DNA from: Treponema sp.
GTDB lineage: Bacteria; Spirochaetota; Spirochaetia; Treponematales; Treponemataceae
Direction of reading: 5' to 3'
Length of the DNA: 64,000 nt
Assembly (NCBI GenBank): GCA_016281495.1
Contig: JAEEIU010000043.1
Span: forward strand, 21,504-85,503
Under the pieces are notes generated by a model. The model was not told where the DNA came from and did not search any database. It saw only the letters and a list, made by a program, of their open reading frames with translations. Positions within the stretch are counted from its first letter, which is position 1; every line of letters begins with the position of its first letter. Below are positions 26,922-36,191 of the stretch, in pieces. The position numbers were made by a program, and so were the translations under genes.

Positions 26922-27980
26922 ATGAAAAAAACAGTTTTATTGGCAGCATTTTCGCTTATTACAGCGGCTTTATTTGCCTATAACCCGCCTTTAGGTGGTG
27001 AAAACCTATACAAACTCAGCAATCCGGTAATGATTTCCGGTGGAGATTCGGCAAGTGGCGGACCTCTATTCAACATTATACCTGCATCCATCAGCTACAA
27101 CCCCGCTTTAACGGCAACAGAACAGCGCACAGTCCTTAACCTAAGCGGCGACATCATGTTCAACACAAGCGACTTCAGCTCATCTTTAGGCTGGGGTGCA
27201 CAGGCTGGCGTTACCATACCCACAAAATGGATGGTCTTTAGCGGAACGATCAACGGTATTTTCAGCGGCAACACAGGCCTTCCCATAGGAAACACGATAA
27301 TAGTTCATGCGGGAATTGCAAAGGAATTCCTGGACAACATTTATATAGGATTAAACCTATACGGTGGATCTTATTTTTCTCATGGAAGCGACTGGAGCAT
27401 AGGATGTGACTTTGGTTTGCTGTACAAGGGAGAAAAGAGCCTTGGATTTTTGAGGGACCCGCGAATCGGTATCTCTGTCCTGAACATAGGAAGATCTGCC
27501 GGAAGTGAATATGAAGTAATAGGAATTGACGGTACCACAGAGGGAACTGTTTATCCCGGCATACTTACTCCACGCATTTCTCTGGGTGCAACGGTTTTGC
27601 AGACCTGGGGATGGAAGGCAGGCCTGTCAATGGACGCATCTTTCCCGGCATGCCAAAATGCTGTTTTCGATGTTGCATTTGCCGTTTCTTACAACAATCT
27701 TCTTGAATTCAACCTTGGATGGCAGGCAAACGTAAGGGAACTGGCGGAGGGTGCAAAAGTAAACTGGCCTTCAGTCGGCATTTCCTGCAAGATTATGCTT
27801 TCATCAAACAAAAAGAACGACACATGGCAGCAAAGTGAGCTTGTTCCGTCCGTGGCATGGCAGAACATGTATGGCGAAGTCCAGAACATCAGCGCCGGTG
27901 CAACCCTGTATCTTGGACAGGAAGACAATGAGGCTCCAGAGATCTATCTGTGGGATGAAGACATTTTTGGAAACAACTAA
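26922..27980 (+). CDS. Putative outer-membrane beta-barrel protein
   Basis: Signal peptide MKKTVLLAAFSLITAALFA and alternating Gly/aromatic beta-strand-like segments. Family not recognised with confidence. Confidence 0.45.
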   Translation: MKKTVLLAAFSLITAALFAYNPPLGGENLYKLSNPVMISGGDSASGGPLFNIIPASISYNPALTATEQRTVLNLSGDIMFNTSDFSSSLGWGAQAGVTIPTKWMVFSGTINGIFSGNTGLPIGNTIIVHAGIAKEFLDNIYIGLNLYGGSYFSHGSDWSIGCDFGLLYKGEKSLGFLRDPRIGISVLNIGRSAGSEYEVIGIDGTTEGTVYPGILTPRISLGATVLQTWGWKAGLSMDASFPACQNAVFDVAFAVSYNNLLEFNLGWQANVRELAEGAKVNWPSVGISCKIMLSSNKKNDTWQQSELVPSVAWQNMYGEVQNISAGATLYLGQEDNEAPEIYLWDEDIFGNN

Positions 27981-28019
27981 TTCAATCAACTTGATTATTC
28001 AATAGAAAGTGAGGAAAAT

Positions 28020-31000
28020 ATGAAAGGGAAAAAAATTGGAATCGCACTTGCCTTAAGTTTGTTCATGAGCATGCTTTCGCTTTTTGCAGAGAGGGCTCCT
28101 GAATACATATCCCCGAACAACGACGGCATAAAGGACACATTGGACATTCCTCTCAAGATAAAGGAAAAAAGATACATAAAAGAATGGGCTCTTTCGATTT
28201 ACACGGAAAAGGGAAATGTAATCCGTACTGTAGGAAACAAGAGGAAAGACGAGGAGAAGATGACCATCTCTTCATTTTTCAAGAACCTTTTCAAGCCAAA
28301 GACGGGAGTTGAAATCCCTGACACAGTTTCATGGAACGGAATCCTTGGAGAAGAAGCGGCTGCAATCGGCCTCACACCTGGAACAGTGGCACCGGACGGA
28401 CTCTACTATTATATCTTTACCGCAACAGATGACAACGACAACCGCGGTACCTCAGCAAAGTATTATGTAATCGTGGACACGACACCACCTCAGATTTCAC
28501 TTGGCAAAATGAACGACGATGAAAAGTCATTTGGCGAGGGAGAAAAAACATTCATCAGAATCAAGCAGACCGGCTCAGAGGAACCTGAATGGAGTGCGGC
28601 CATCATCTACAATGCAGACGGATCAAAGGTACGCACATACCACTGGCAGAATACAAGCCCCTCTCCAATAGTTGAATGGGACGGAACCAACGACGAGGGC
28701 ATAATCGTTCCAGACGGAGTTTACACATACGAAATCTATGCAACGGACAAGGCAGGAAACACTTCAGAAAAGGCACAGATTCAAAACATCATCTTCTCTG
28801 CAGAAAAACCTGTTACTTCAATTGCAATCAGCGGACCAAAATATTTTTCTCCAAACGGAGACGGAACCCTGGACACAATCAAGTTTGACATAAGCATTCC
28901 TGAAACAAAGTCAAAGGTAAACTCAATCAAGGAATGGTCAATCACAATCCAAAACGTAGAGAAAAAGACAGTATTCGAGAAAAAAGGAAGCGGAAAGGCA
29001 ATCAGCGAACTGGTCTTTGACGGCAAAGGCTCAGACGGAAAGGTTCTTCCGGAAGGATCATATCAGGCAGTCGTAACGGCATCTTACAAAAACGGATATG
29101 TCCCGCCCAAGGCAAACAGTCCTGTATTCATTCTTGACGTATCCGCTCCAATGGCACAGGTTGCAGTATCCGACCTTGTATTCAACGCAAGCAGAAGCCT
29201 CAAGCTCACACAACAGCAGACCTCAAAGGATCCTGCCTATTCAAGTGAAAAAGAATGGAATGCAAGAATCATCGACGAAAACAAAAACACAATACGTTCA
29301 TATTCATATGGTTCAATTCTTCCACCGGAGATTTCATGGAACGGCTCTGACGAAAAGGGAGAACTTGCAAAAGACGGAACCTACATCTACGAGCTTACAG
29401 GAAAGGACCTTGCGGGAAACAAGGCAACAGTTGCTTCACTTCCATTTACACTGGACACAAGCAAGACTGAACTCCTTTTGATCCCAAGCCCTGAATACAT
29501 CTCACCAAACAATGACGGCATCCAGGACAAGACAACGCTTAATCTTACGGCACGTGCCACAAGCGGAATCGATTCTTATACAATCACAATCAGCGACAAG
29601 AACGGAAAGGAAGTAAGGTCAATCTCCGGACAGAGCACACTTCCTCCATCAATTGCATGGGACGGAAAGAACGACAACGGTTCAGTTTGCGAAGACGGAA
29701 CATATTCAATCGTATTCAAGACAGTTGCCAACAGCGGAACTGAAGCAGAATCAGAACCAAAGACTGTCACAATCGATACTGTGGCACCAAAAGTTGAAAT
29801 CTCCGTACCATATTACATCTTCTCTCCGGACGGACAGAGTACAACAGCCAGCACAAGGCAGGGACTTCCAGTTTCAAGCAAGGATTGTTCAACAGAAGAC
29901 AAGTGGACGATGGAAATCACCGACAGCAAGAACACACCAGTTCGCACAATCGTATGGCAGAATGAAAGCGGAATAAAAATCACACCTTTCATCTGGGACG
30001 GAACCGATGACTCAGGAAACCTTGTTCCAAATGCAAAATATTCATTAAGGGTATTTTCAACAGACAAGGCAGGAAACAGCGGTCAGGCCAAACTCCCAGA
30101 ATACATCACAGTTGACACACGCGAGACAAAGGCATACATCACCCTTGCCGAAGAATCAATCTGCCCCAACGGAGACGGCGTAAAGGACAAGCAGACATTC
30201 AACATCATCACGACACTCAACGAAGGCATAACTGAATGGAACCTTGACGTGCTTGATGAAAACGAAAAGAGCGTACAAAACTGGAACGGCAAGAACGGAC
30301 AAAAGATTCCTTCATCAATAATATGGAACGGAAAAACCGCTGACGGAACAAAGCCAGCCGAAGGAGTATTTGCAGGCCGCCTTAAGATTTCATACGACAA
30401 GGGAAACATTGTAGAAACATATTCACTTCCATTCGTATCTTCAGTTACCGCACCAATTCTGTCTGTCACATCAAGTGCAAATCCATCAAACGGAAAATAC
30501 TTTAGCCCGGACAACGACGGTTACGAGGATGAACTCAAGATGAGCCTCAAGGCAAAGACCAAGGCAAAGATAAAGTCATGGACACTTGTCGTAAAGGACA
30601 GCCGCAACGGAACTGAATTCTGGAGGGCAAGCGGAAAGTCAATGGCAGCCGACAAGGAAGCCGGTACATATTCAGCAAACATCACATGGGACGGTCGTGG
30701 AAACAACGGTCAGGTCGTAATGTCCGCCGAAGACTATCCTTATGAATACACTGTAACAGACGAGCTTGGACTTACTTCAACTTACACGGGAATCATTCCT
30801 GTTGACGTCCTGGTACTTCTTGAAAACGGTGTACTCAAGATGCAGGTACCTTCAATCGTATTCCGCGGAGATGCAGCAGACTTCCTCCTTACAGGCGAAA
30901 CTGGTCCCGACGGAAAGACAATTGAAAAGAGCAGCCTTACAAAAGAACAAAAGGCAAACAACATCCGCATCCTGAACCGTGTAGCACAGATTTTGAACAA

Positions 31001-31292
31001 GTTCGGTTCATACAAGGTAACGGTTGTTGGTCACGCAAATCCGACGAACAAATACGCAGGAAAAGAAGAGGACAACCCGGAAGAAAACGTAGACGGTCCA
31101 TGGGGAAGAGGCCTAAAGGCACTTTCTCTTGAACGCGCACAATTCGTCCGCCAGTGGCTCATAAGCGAAGGCCACATCTCTTCTTCAAGACTTTCAGCAA
31201 AGGGTAAGGGTGGCCTTGAAACAATCGTAGACCCCTACTCCCTCGAAAACCGCTGGAAGAACCGCCGCGTAGAATTCATTCTGGAGAAGTGA
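28020..31292 (+). CDS. Large envelope protein: about 9 FlgD-Ig-like repeats plus C-terminal OmpA-like peptidoglycan-binding domain
   Basis: Repeated (Y/F)(I/F)SPN(N/G)DG..D ... W(N/D)G.. ..DG.Y.Y modules. C-terminal VVGHANPT, LSLERAQFV and NRRVEFIL match OmpA_C. Confidence 0.8.
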   Translation: MKGKKIGIALALSLFMSMLSLFAERAPEYISPNNDGIKDTLDIPLKIKEKRYIKEWALSIYTEKGNVIRTVGNKRKDEEKMTISSFFKNLFKPKTGVEIPDTVSWNGILGEEAAAIGLTPGTVAPDGLYYYIFTATDDNDNRGTSAKYYVIVDTTPPQISLGKMNDDEKSFGEGEKTFIRIKQTGSEEPEWSAAIIYNADGSKVRTYHWQNTSPSPIVEWDGTNDEGIIVPDGVYTYEIYATDKAGNTSEKAQIQNIIFSAEKPVTSIAISGPKYFSPNGDGTLDTIKFDISIPETKSKVNSIKEWSITIQNVEKKTVFEKKGSGKAISELVFDGKGSDGKVLPEGSYQAVVTASYKNGYVPPKANSPVFILDVSAPMAQVAVSDLVFNASRSLKLTQQQTSKDPAYSSEKEWNARIIDENKNTIRSYSYGSILPPEISWNGSDEKGELAKDGTYIYELTGKDLAGNKATVASLPFTLDTSKTELLLIPSPEYISPNNDGIQDKTTLNLTARATSGIDSYTITISDKNGKEVRSISGQSTLPPSIAWDGKNDNGSVCEDGTYSIVFKTVANSGTEAESEPKTVTIDTVAPKVEISVPYYIFSPDGQSTTASTRQGLPVSSKDCSTEDKWTMEITDSKNTPVRTIVWQNESGIKITPFIWDGTDDSGNLVPNAKYSLRVFSTDKAGNSGQAKLPEYITVDTRETKAYITLAEESICPNGDGVKDKQTFNIITTLNEGITEWNLDVLDENEKSVQNWNGKNGQKIPSSIIWNGKTADGTKPAEGVFAGRLKISYDKGNIVETYSLPFVSSVTAPILSVTSSANPSNGKYFSPDNDGYEDELKMSLKAKTKAKIKSWTLVVKDSRNGTEFWRASGKSMAADKEAGTYSANITWDGRGNNGQVVMSAEDYPYEYTVTDELGLTSTYTGIIPVDVLVLLENGVLKMQVPSIVFRGDAADFLLTGETGPDGKTIEKSSLTKEQKANNIRILNRVAQILNKFGSYKVTVVGHANPTNKYAGKEEDNPEENVDGPWGRGLKALSLERAQFVRQWLISEGHISSSRLSAKGKGGLETIVDPYSLENRWKNRRVEFILEK

Positions 31293-31302
31293 TTTATTGT
31301 AT

Positions 31303-31423
31303 TGTCACACGAATGTGTGAATGTCTAAAAAGTATTGTCATGCCGAACGCCTGTTGAAAGACAGGTGATTCGGTATCTACGACAGATATAACGATGAGAT
31401 TCCGGATCACACCCGGAATGCCG
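31303..31423. repeat. Cluster of three hairpin modules of the GTCA-box family
   Basis: ttgtcacacgaatgtgtga at 31303-31321, gtcatgccgaacgcctgttgaaagacaggtgattcggtatct at 31338-31379, and gagattccggatcacacccggaatgcc at 31397-31423. Confidence 0.8.
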
Positions 31424-31472
31424 CTACTAAAAAAACTTAATGGACAATCCATTTAATAAAGGAGGAAATTCC

Positions 31473-32756
31473 ATGAAAAAATTAGTATCGAGATTTGTTT
31501 GCCTGTTGATTTTATTTCAGTCCATGTCATTTATTTATTCTCAAAAGTCAACAAATGGTAAATCAAAGCTTTATGTTTGGTCTTTCACAGATGAGATTTA
31601 TGAATTTCTTAATGATGAAGACTTCGGCTATAAGGCAAGCCATCCAAATGTAGAAATCGAATGCGATTACACACCAACAGATGAGTTTTCCAGAAAATTA
31701 GATTCAGCCATTGAATTGAAGGAAAGGATTCCTGATGTCATTACACTTGAGGATACTTTCATACGCAAATATGTTGAATCAGGACTGTTATTGCCGCTCG
31801 ATGATCTTTATGAAGAAGTTAAAAGCAAAATGGTCGATTATCCCATAAGGGTAGGAAGTTATAACGGTCATGTCTATGCAATGTCATGGCTTACATATCC
31901 TGGAGCAATGTTCTACCGCCGAAGTTATGCAAAAAAGTATTGGGGAACCGATGACCCTGCAAAGGTACAGAAAAAAGTTAAGGATTTTGACACCTTCATG
32001 GCAACAGCCCGCGAGCTTAACAAGATTTCAAAGGGAAAATGCAAGATGGTATCAACATCGGAAGAACTATTCCTTCCATGCAAGGGGGCAAGAAAAGAGC
32101 CGTGGATTGTTGACGGCAATCTCTACATAGATCCAGCAATGGAAAAATACATGGATATGGCAAAGGCATTCTATGATGAAGATCTTGACGCAAAAACAAC
32201 ACAGTGGTCATCTGATTGGTATGCGGGCATGAATGACTCGCTTGAAGATGAAGATGGCAAACCACTTGAAGTTATGGCTTATTTCCTTTCAACATGGGGA
32301 GTGGACTATATCCTTAAATATGCAGCATCCAATACTTCTGGAGATTGGGCCATTTGTGCAGGACCTTCTTCATGGAGATGGGGTGGACAATGGATTGCGG
32401 CTTACAAGGACACAAAAAATCCTGAAGCAGCAAAGGAAATGATACGCTATCTTACGACAGATGATGAATTCCTTGAATGGGTGGCTCTGAACACCAACGA
32501 AGTAGTCGGCAACATCAAAGTTCAGGATAAAGTTAAAGACAGATTCTCCGAGCCATATCTTAAAGGACAAAACTCTTATGAAATTTTCAGTGAATTATCA
32601 AAATCTGTCGACGGTTCTCTAGCACAGGAAACAGACGCACTGATTGAAACGTTATGGACTGCCCAAGTAAAAGAATACGCCACTGGAAAGGTAACAAAGA
32701 AAAAAGCTCTTAATGCATTCAAAAAGGATGTTTCAAACCATATATTAAAGAAGTAA
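31473..32756 (+). CDS. ABC transporter solute-binding protein (family 1), paralog 1
   Basis: SD aaaggagg before the ATG at 31473 and signal peptide MKKLVSRFVCLLILF. Long blocks are shared with the next two ORFs (GSYNGHVYAMSW, FYRRSYAKKYWGTDDP, AICAGPSSWRWGG). Confidence 0.75.
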   Translation: MKKLVSRFVCLLILFQSMSFIYSQKSTNGKSKLYVWSFTDEIYEFLNDEDFGYKASHPNVEIECDYTPTDEFSRKLDSAIELKERIPDVITLEDTFIRKYVESGLLLPLDDLYEEVKSKMVDYPIRVGSYNGHVYAMSWLTYPGAMFYRRSYAKKYWGTDDPAKVQKKVKDFDTFMATARELNKISKGKCKMVSTSEELFLPCKGARKEPWIVDGNLYIDPAMEKYMDMAKAFYDEDLDAKTTQWSSDWYAGMNDSLEDEDGKPLEVMAYFLSTWGVDYILKYAASNTSGDWAICAGPSSWRWGGQWIAAYKDTKNPEAAKEMIRYLTTDDEFLEWVALNTNEVVGNIKVQDKVKDRFSEPYLKGQNSYEIFSELSKSVDGSLAQETDALIETLWTAQVKEYATGKVTKKKALNAFKKDVSNHILKK

Positions 32757-32768
32757 GGAGGATATACT

Positions 32769-34046
32769 ATGAAAAAGATAGTTTCTAAATTTGTTTGTCT
32801 GTTGATTTTCTTTCAGGCAATGTCTTTTGGTTTTTCTGAAAAAACAAATGGCAATACAAAACTTTCTGTATGGTCATTTACAGATGAGATGTATGATTTT
32901 ATTAATGCTGAAGGCTACGGCTATAAGGCAACCCACCAAGACGTAGGAGTTGAATGCACATTAATTCCTACAGAACAGTTTCCTTCCAAACTTGATTCAG
33001 CTATTGCAAGCGGAAAAGGTGTCCCAGATATTATTGTACTTGAAGATGCATTCGTACGCAAATATGTTGAATCCGGACTTTTAATGCCGCTCGATGACCT
33101 GTATGAAGAAGTTAAAAACAAAATGATTGATTACCCCATAAAGGTCGGAAGTTATAACGGCCATGTTTATGCAATGTCATGGCATGCATATCCAGGAGCA
33201 ATGTTCTACCGCCGCAGTTATGCAAAAAAGTACTGGGGAACCGATGATCCTGCCAAGGTTCAGAAAAAGGTAAAGGATCTTGATACTTTCGTTTCAACAG
33301 CCAGAGAGCTTAAAAAGATTTCAAGGGGAAAATGCAGGATGTTATCAACATCTGAAGACCTCTTTCTGCCATACAAGGGAACAAGAAAAAAGCCATGGAT
33401 TGTGGACAACAAACTAAACATAGATCCTGCTATGGAAAAATACATGGATACGGCAAGAATATTCTATGACGAAAATCTTGACGTAAAAACAACACAGTGG
33501 TCAGAAGACTGGTATGCAGGCATGAACGACATGCTTGAAGACGAGGATGGCAAACCAATTGAAGTTATGGCTTACTTCCTGCCATCTTGGGGACTCCACT
33601 ATATCCTTAAATTTGAAGCTTCCAGAACTTCCGGTGACTGGGCCATATGTGCTGGTCCTTCTTCATGGAGATGGGGAGGAGAATGGCTTTCAGCATACAA
33701 GGACACGAAAAATCCCGAAGCCGCAAAAGAAATGATACGCTATCTTACGACAGACGACAAATTCCTTGAATCTATGGCCCTAACAAACTGTGAAATAGTC
33801 GGCAACATTAAAGTCCAGAACAAAATCAAGAATAGATTTGCAGAACCTTATCTTAAAGGACAAAACTATTACGCGATATTCAGTGAATTATCAAAACCCA
33901 TCAACGGTAATCTAGCACAGGGAACAGACATGATGATTGAGGCACTATGGTCAGAACAAGTACTAGCCTATGCCAGGGCCGAAAAAACAAAAAAAGAAGC
34001 CCTGACCGCCTTTAAGAAAGACGTCGCATATTATCTGGGATATTGA
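32769..34046 (+). CDS. ABC transporter solute-binding protein, paralog 2
   Basis: Collinear with paralog 1 over its full length, with a 12-nt gap after paralog 1 and SD aaggagg. Confidence 0.75.
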   Translation: MKKIVSKFVCLLIFFQAMSFGFSEKTNGNTKLSVWSFTDEMYDFINAEGYGYKATHQDVGVECTLIPTEQFPSKLDSAIASGKGVPDIIVLEDAFVRKYVESGLLMPLDDLYEEVKNKMIDYPIKVGSYNGHVYAMSWHAYPGAMFYRRSYAKKYWGTDDPAKVQKKVKDLDTFVSTARELKKISRGKCRMLSTSEDLFLPYKGTRKKPWIVDNKLNIDPAMEKYMDTARIFYDENLDVKTTQWSEDWYAGMNDMLEDEDGKPIEVMAYFLPSWGLHYILKFEASRTSGDWAICAGPSSWRWGGEWLSAYKDTKNPEAAKEMIRYLTTDDKFLESMALTNCEIVGNIKVQNKIKNRFAEPYLKGQNYYAIFSELSKPINGNLAQGTDMMIEALWSEQVLAYARAEKTKKEALTAFKKDVAYYLGY

Positions 34047-34102
34047 TTCGCCCCATAAAAACATTTGACTCTTGCAAACGGCATATAATGATGTATAATA
34101 TT

Positions 34103-34205
34103 ATCACGCGGATTCGCATGTTGCTTTAACAACAACGTCAAATCCATTCCATACAGAAAGGTCTCGAAGAGACCTATTCGATTTTCCTACGGAAAACCTT
34201 TAAAA
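34103..34205 (+). repeat. About 105-bp composite repeat (second copy of 1962-2065)
   Basis: atcacgcggattcgcatgttgctttaacaacaacgtcaaatcc...ggtctcgaagagacctattcgattttcctacggaaaacctttaaaa aligns base by base with 1962-2065. Confidence 0.85.
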
Positions 34206-34219
34206 GAGGAGGATGATAT

Positions 34220-35884
34220 ATGAAAAAGTTACTCTCAAGATTTGTCTGTCTGTTGTTTTTTCTTATGGCTATGTCTTTTGCTTATTCAGAGGATTCTGCG
34301 GTAGTATTTGATGTCAATTTAATTGGCGGTGAAGAAGTTTTCCTTGGGGTTTATTCTGAAAATGATGCTTTTTTTGCATGCTTTTATGATGGAGGAAAAG
34401 CTGAAGTAAATTACCTTTATTGTTCTTCTGATGAATATAGTTCCCTCAAGAAACTGGCTTATGAATGTAATCTTTTAATGAAATCTATCACCACAAAACG
34501 TGATTATGACAATAAAAAGATTTACAGTAAAATCATGGATAAAATCAGCAGCTTCGGAGGCCTTTTCTCAGAAGATTATGATTATGTTGATGAAGTTCGC
34601 TTTGTAAAGGTTAACATTTATCTTTCTGATTCATATTTTAACAATTTGCTTTACAGTGACAATACCAGCAAATCTGGAAACTCTAATGTGGAAAACAAAC
34701 TTTCAGTATGGTCATTTACAGACGAAATAGAGGGTTACCTTGATGCTGAAGGCTATGGCTATAAGGCAACACATCCGAATATAGAAGTTGAATACACATA
34801 TATTCCAACAGGCCAGTTTCCAAGTAAGTTGGGCCCGGTTCTTACCTCTGGAAACGGAACACCAGATGTATTTTGTCTTGAAGACTTTTTTGTAAGAGAA
34901 TACGTTGAATCAGGTCTTCTTTTACCGCTTGATGATTTGTATGCTCAGGTAAAGGATAAAATGGTAGACTACCCTATGAAAATCGGAAGCTATAACGGTC
35001 ACGTCTATGCTATGTCTTGGTATGTAAGTCCTGGTGCTGTCTTCTACCGCCGTAGCTATGCAAAGAAGTACTGGGGAACAGACGACCCAGTAGAAGTTCA
35101 GAAAAAGTTAAAGGATTTTGATACATTCCTTGCAACAGCACGACAGCTCAAAAAAGATTCGAATGGTAAATGCAGAATCGTTTCAACAACAGAAAATCTC
35201 TTTATACCTTTTAAAGGAACGAGGGAAAAGCCTTGGATTGTAGATGATAAGTTATATATAGATCCAGCCATGGAAAAGTATATGAATATGGCAAAGATTT
35301 TCCATGATGAAGAGCTTGACGGTCGCACATCACAATGGGCAGAAGGCTGGTATGCCGGTATGAATGACAGTCTCAAGGATTACAAAGGTAATAATATTGA
35401 AGTAATGTGCTACTTCCTCCCGACCTGGGGACTTCATTATGTTCTTAAGACTGTTGCTTCAAGAACAGCAGGTGACTGGGCAATGTGTGCAGGACCTTCT
35501 TCTTGGAGATGGGGCGGGTGCTGGCTTGCAGCATACAAAGGAACAAAACAGCCAGAAGCAGCAAAGGAAATGATCAGATACATAGCTACTGATGATCAAT
35601 TTCTTGAATCAATGGCTCTTGCAAGTGGTGATGTGATTGGTAACTTTAATGTTCAAAATAAAATCAAGAATAGATTCTCAGAACCATATCTAAAGAGTCA
35701 AAACCATTACGCAGCATTCTGTGATTATTCTAAAACCGTTGACGGCTCACTAACACAAGGAACAGACCAACAGATTGAGGCATTATGGTCAGAAGCAGTA
35801 TCAGAGTATGTATGGGGTGAAAAGACAAAAAAAGAAGCACTTCAAGCATTTAGGGAACAAGTGTCTATCACGATGGGATATTAA
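34220..35884 (+). CDS. ABC transporter solute-binding protein, paralog 3, with about 150-aa N-terminal extension
   Basis: Same signal peptide type (MKKLLSRFVCLLFFL). Residues from about 160 onward are collinear with paralogs 1 and 2; the extension has no counterpart in them. Confidence 0.75.
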   Translation: MKKLLSRFVCLLFFLMAMSFAYSEDSAVVFDVNLIGGEEVFLGVYSENDAFFACFYDGGKAEVNYLYCSSDEYSSLKKLAYECNLLMKSITTKRDYDNKKIYSKIMDKISSFGGLFSEDYDYVDEVRFVKVNIYLSDSYFNNLLYSDNTSKSGNSNVENKLSVWSFTDEIEGYLDAEGYGYKATHPNIEVEYTYIPTGQFPSKLGPVLTSGNGTPDVFCLEDFFVREYVESGLLLPLDDLYAQVKDKMVDYPMKIGSYNGHVYAMSWYVSPGAVFYRRSYAKKYWGTDDPVEVQKKLKDFDTFLATARQLKKDSNGKCRIVSTTENLFIPFKGTREKPWIVDDKLYIDPAMEKYMNMAKIFHDEELDGRTSQWAEGWYAGMNDSLKDYKGNNIEVMCYFLPTWGLHYVLKTVASRTAGDWAMCAGPSSWRWGGCWLAAYKGTKQPEAAKEMIRYIATDDQFLESMALASGDVIGNFNVQNKIKNRFSEPYLKSQNHYAAFCDYSKTVDGSLTQGTDQQIEALWSEAVSEYVWGEKTKKEALQAFREQVSITMGY

Positions 35885-35941
35885 TTCACCCTATAAAAGT
35901 CTCCGAGTCATCCCAAATGGCACGGAGTGGTGTATTTAGTT

Positions 35942-36123
35942 GTCACGCGGATTCGAAAAATCTACGATTTTTCTTTAAATATTTGGTGTCTTGTTGATTT
36001 GTTTTTCATCGTGCCGTTTGGTCTTACCGATCTTTTCCCTGGATACCAGAAAACTTCCAGTAACAACAGCAACAAACAAAAATCCTTTAAAGGAATTGCG
36101 TAGCAATTCCGAATCCGCGTGAC
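35942..36123. repeat. Inverted pair of GTCACGCGGATTC-box/TAC-loop hairpin modules bracketing about 105 bp
   Basis: 35942-35980 on the plus strand (gtcacgcggattcgaaaaatctacgatttttctttaaat) and 36084-36123 on the minus strand (gtcacgcggattcggaattgctacgcaattcctttaaagg). Confidence 0.85.
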
Positions 36124-36176
36124 TTTTTTCCTCTTGAATCCCCCATCCTTTGGGTATATGCAAAAACTCTTAGTTG

Positions 36177-36185
36177 TGATAAACT
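36177..36185 (+). promoter_or_regulatory. Extended -10 element (TGaTAAACT) 6 nt upstream of pepF ATG
   Basis: tgataaact followed by aacacc and then the ATG at 36192. No SD. Confidence 0.35.
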
Positions 36186-36191
36186 AACACC

